DNA of 63,203 nucleotides from Candidatus Omnitrophota bacterium (GTDB taxonomy: Bacteria > Omnitrophota > Omnitrophia > Omnitrophales > JACROU01). The stretch covers positions 1 to 63,203 of the forward strand of contig JACROU010000023.1 in the NCBI GenBank assembly GCA_016214265.1. Reading direction: 5' to 3'. Position numbers and translations under genes: made by a program. The notes beneath the pieces were generated by a model. It saw only the letters and a list, made by a program, of their open reading frames with translations. It ran no database searches and had not been told where the DNA came from. Shown here one piece after another: positions 60,520 to 63,203 of this stretch; position 1 is the first letter of the stretch; each line of letters begins with the position of its first letter.

Positions 60520-61317
60520 ATGAAGGCGGTTGTCCTCATCGCAACTTACAACGAAGTTTTGAACATGGAGCGTGTTCTTGACGGCATTCAATCTTCTGTG
60601 GCGTCAACTTCGCATGATGTGCATGTGCTGGTTGTTGACGATGATTCTCCGGACGGAACCGGGAAACTTCTGGATGAGCTCAAGGATCGGTATCCGGGTA
60701 AGCTGCACGTTATTCACCGAAAAAACCAGCGTGGTTGCGGATCGGCGCGGCGTCTTGGTTTTCGAGAGGCGTTGAAACTTAAACCCGATTGCGTCATTGA
60801 AATGGACGGCGATGGTTCGCATAATCCCCGGTATTTGCCGCTGTTTCTCAATCTCATTCAGAACTACGATGTTGTTATTGGCTCCCGGTACGTGGAGGGC
60901 GGCGCTGTGGTGCATTGGCCACTAAAACGAAAAATTATCAGCCTGATCGCCAATCAAATTTACCGGACAATTCTTGGTTCTAAAATTCACGATTTAAGTG
61001 GCGGATTCAAAGCCTACCGGTACGAGATGTTGCAGCAACTGCCGTTTGAGGAGTTTCTGTCAAATGGATATTCCATTGGGATTGAAACCATTTTCCGCTG
61101 CTACAAGAAAGGCGCGAGCTTTCTTGAGGTTCCGGTTGTTTTCGCGAATAGGGAAAAGGGGAACTCAAAATTCCGGTGGAAGGAAGCGTTTGAAGCGCTT
61201 CGTATTCTGATTACTCTGGTGCTTCGATTCGGCCGGGCGATTCGGATTTTTGATTTTGAGCAGGTCGATTCTGCAAGCAGAATTACCCCCGGAAAAAAGC
61301 ATGAAATCCAAAAATAA
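60520..61317 (+). CDS. GT2 polyprenyl-phosphate mannose/glucose synthase-like (Ppm1/DPM1 type)
   Basis: VVLIATYNEVLNM, VVDDDSPDGTG, EMDGDGSH and GGFKAYR. AAAGGAGAA RBS before ATG 60520. Confidence 0.8.
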   Translation: MKAVVLIATYNEVLNMERVLDGIQSSVASTSHDVHVLVVDDDSPDGTGKLLDELKDRYPGKLHVIHRKNQRGCGSARRLGFREALKLKPDCVIEMDGDGSHNPRYLPLFLNLIQNYDVVIGSRYVEGGAVVHWPLKRKIISLIANQIYRTILGSKIHDLSGGFKAYRYEMLQQLPFEEFLSNGYSIGIETIFRCYKKGASFLEVPVVFANREKGNSKFRWKEAFEALRILITLVLRFGRAIRIFDFEQVDSASRITPGKKHEIQK

Positions 61318-61417
61318 TCCGATCGGATTTATTTTATTTTTTATTTTTTTGGGTTGGAGTGCATTTGTACTGACTTCATACCTGTATCTCGTAATTATCC
61401 CAAAACTCCATGTTTGA
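61301..61417 (+). CDS. possible 38-aa single-TM peptide, or a frameshifted N-terminus of the downstream GT-C gene
   Basis: ATG 61301: MKSKNNPIGFILFFIFLGWSAFVLTSYLYLVIIPKLHV, stop at 61415-61417. Overlaps both neighbours. No RBS evident. Confidence 0.2.
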   Translation: MKSKNNPIGFILFFIFLGWSAFVLTSYLYLVIIPKLHV

Positions 61418-63203
61418 AATCATCCTGTCGCTGGGTTTTGTTTTTATGGGCCTTGGTATCGGCGAGTGTTTTTCCCGCGTAATTCGTTTGCGTTACGACT
61501 CCGTTTTCGAGGAAATAGTTTTTTCCGCCTGGATCGGCTGGGGATGGATGGGGACGATTGCGTTTTGGACCGGACTTGCGGGTTTTTGGCATCCGCGCGA
61601 GCTTGCCGAACTGAGCGTTTTCTTTGCCATTCTTGGCGCCTTCGGATGCGGGCTCGTTCTTAATAAGCTCAAACAGTTGGATTGGAAATTCATCTTAAAT
61701 AATTTTCAATGGAATGCGATCGCGTTCCTTGTCATCTTTCTTGTTTCCCTTTCTGTAATTTCTTCAACTCTGATTGCGCTCGCGCCCCCAATCGCAACGG
61801 ATGAATTGTCTTATCATTTAGCCCTTCCAAAGATATTTCTTGCTGAAAACAGAATTGTTTATCTGCCCTATCATGTGAACAGTTTATTCCCATTATGGAC
61901 GGAGATGCTTTACGGCTTAGGACTGCATTGGAAAGGTGAGATTCTGGCAAGGTTGATGCATGTCTGGATCGGGTTGTGGGGATCTCTCGGAATATGGCTT
62001 TTGGTGAGGCGATTTTTGAAGGAATATGCGATTTGCGCAATTATTGCTGCGGCTGTTTTTTTGACGGTGCCCGGAATCAGCAATCAGATGTCGCTGGCAT
62101 ACAACGATGTTGCTTTAAGTGTTTCAATTCTTTTTTCGTTTTTAGCTTTCTTGAAATGGAAGGATGAGCCTAACTTCCCAAACGCGCTGGTTCTGGGGAT
62201 TTTTCTGGGCGTTGTTCTAAGCATTAAATATTTAGGAGTCATTACCGTTGGGTTGATAGGATTCTTGGCTTTGATCGATTTGCTTTATCAAAAGAATAAG
62301 AGGCAGTATTTAGTCACGGTAACTTTTATTGCTCTTGGAGCGCTAGTGATCTCGGGTGGATGGTATCTGAGAAATTGGTTTGTAATCGGAAATCCATTTT
62401 ATCCTTACTTTCAAAAAATGTTCGGAGGCCTTGGTCTCGGGTCTGAAGCGAAATTACAGGCCTATGGGACCGGAAAGAGCCTCCTCGATTTACTGGCCTT
62501 GCCCTGGAATCTGACATTTCATCAAGAGCTTTTTGGCGGGTGGGGAAATCAACTGGGCCCTATTTTTTTGGTGTTCCTGCCATTTTTCTTTCTGATCAAG
62601 AATAAAACGCGCGATTTTCTGTACATGATTCTCTTTCTCGTTTTTTACGTACTCGCGTGGTTTTTCATGAAACAAAACACCCGTTTTCTTTTTCCGGCGA
62701 TTCCGTTTCTGGCCATATTAATCGCTTTTTGTGTTTACGCATTACGCAGCAGATCGGCTGTTTTAGTTGTTTTGATATTTTCGGCTTTGGCCTCGAGTAT
62801 TAATGTTTATCACCTCAAGGAGTATGCAAGATTACTGTTAGGTAGAGAAACTCGGGAAATGTTTATTTCAAGGCATGTCGGCATATTTCCGATGGCTGGT
62901 TTTGTTAATTTATCGCTGCCGAAAAATGCCCATCTTTTGACTCAGGATCATCGAGGATATTATTTTGACAGGAGGTATACGCGGGAGAGGGCTTGGAGGC
63001 GGACGACTCATTACCCGGATAAATTTCATGACCCTAGATTGCTAAGAGCGGACCTCATAAGTGAGGGGTTTACTCATTTGGTGCTTGTTAGAGTTAAAAA
63101 TGAGGGTTCCAACGCGACGCCCATTCTGAACGAACTATCTAAGTTGCCCGAGTGTAAGACGTTAAAGACCTATGAGTTTAAGGATCTCGATTCGGGTAGT
63201 CTC
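61410..63203 (+). CDS. GT-C (ArnT/PMT-like) membrane glycosyltransferase, 3'-truncated by the window edge
   Basis: I translated frame 3 codon by codon from ATG 61410 to nt 63203: 598 sense codons and no stop. It is absent from the track because it has no stop in the window. Polytopic, with loop motif PPIATDELSYHLALPKIF. Confidence 0.8.
   Translation, partial: MFEIILSLGFVFMGLGIGECFSRVIRLRYDSVFEEIVFSAWIGWGWMGTIAFWTGLAGFWHPRELAELSVFFAILGAFGCGLVLNKLKQLDWKFILNNFQWNAIAFLVIFLVSLSVISSTLIALAPPIATDELSYHLALPKIFLAENRIVYLPYHVNSLFPLWTEMLYGLGLHWKGEILARLMHVWIGLWGSLGIWLLVRRFLKEYAICAIIAAAVFLTVPGISNQMSLAYNDVALSVSILFSFLAFLKWKDEPNFPNALVLGIFLGVVLSIKYLGVITVGLIGFLALIDLLYQKNKRQYLVTVTFIALGALVISGGWYLRNWFVIGNPFYPYFQKMFGGLGLGSEAKLQAYGTGKSLLDLLALPWNLTFHQELFGGWGNQLGPIFLVFLPFFFLIKNKTRDFLYMILFLVFYVLAWFFMKQNTRFLFPAIPFLAILIAFCVYALRSRSAVLVVLIFSALASSINVYHLKEYARLLLGRETREMFISRHVGIFPMAGFVNLSLPKNAHLLTQDHRGYYFDRRYTRERAWRRTTHYPDKFHDPRLLRADLISEGFTHLVLVRVKNEGSNATPILNELSKLPECKTLKTYEFKDLDSGSL

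Overview
This 63.2-kb window looks like it comes from an uncultivated diderm bacterium. I cannot assign taxonomy from the sequence alone. About 95% of it is coding. There are no rRNA genes, CRISPR arrays, transposases or integrases.

Nt 1-36000 is mostly housekeeping, on the + strand:
- a 5'-truncated WD40-repeat gene built from near-identical 135-bp blades
- a broken MsbA-like ABC exporter
- cmoA, translationally coupled to two ICMT-family membrane methyltransferases
- a Bacillus-style pyrimidine operon behind a terminator/antiterminator leader (pyrR-pyrB-pyrC-carA-carB-DUF962-pyrK-pyrD-pyrF-pyrE)
- cydAB
- an iron-uptake cluster (fur, hemP, outer-membrane barrel, YHS protein, FTR1 permease)
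- a complete F1Fo ATP synthase operon (atpZ-I-B-E-E-F-H-A-G-D-C)
- rsmI, purN, eno, ftsB and an orphan PAS histidine kinase
- a minus-strand polyamine operon (homospermidine synthase plus an ornithine-decarboxylase-like gene)

A tRNA-fMet at 36229-36305 marks the switch to a roughly 27-kb envelope-glycosylation region. That region holds a radical-SAM/SPASM gene, three GT2 genes and five GT-C-type membrane glycosyltransferases (one YfhO-like). It also holds three alkaline-phosphatase/sulfatase-superfamily proteins, a GDP-D-glycero-alpha-D-manno-heptose pathway and a CDP-hexose pathway.

The main leads are:
1. An F-type c subunit encoded as a three-hairpin fusion, next to a normal single-hairpin c gene. 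Some hairpins carry Na+-type two-carboxylate motifs.
2. Two in-frame TGA codons in otherwise intact genes (atpG, at a conserved Gly, and an AP-superfamily gene), plus three internal deletions in conserved genes (MsbA-like, pyrE, transaldolase-like).
3. Glycosylation logic that appears to depend only on polyprenyl-phosphate sugars, possibly fed by GDP-heptose.
4. WD40 blades that appear to be homogenised, with variation confined to one short patch.

The supplied ORF track misses edge-truncated ORFs (1-1743 and 61410-63203) and ORFs shorter than 60 aa (hemP). All family assignments come from motif recognition by eye. No database search was run.
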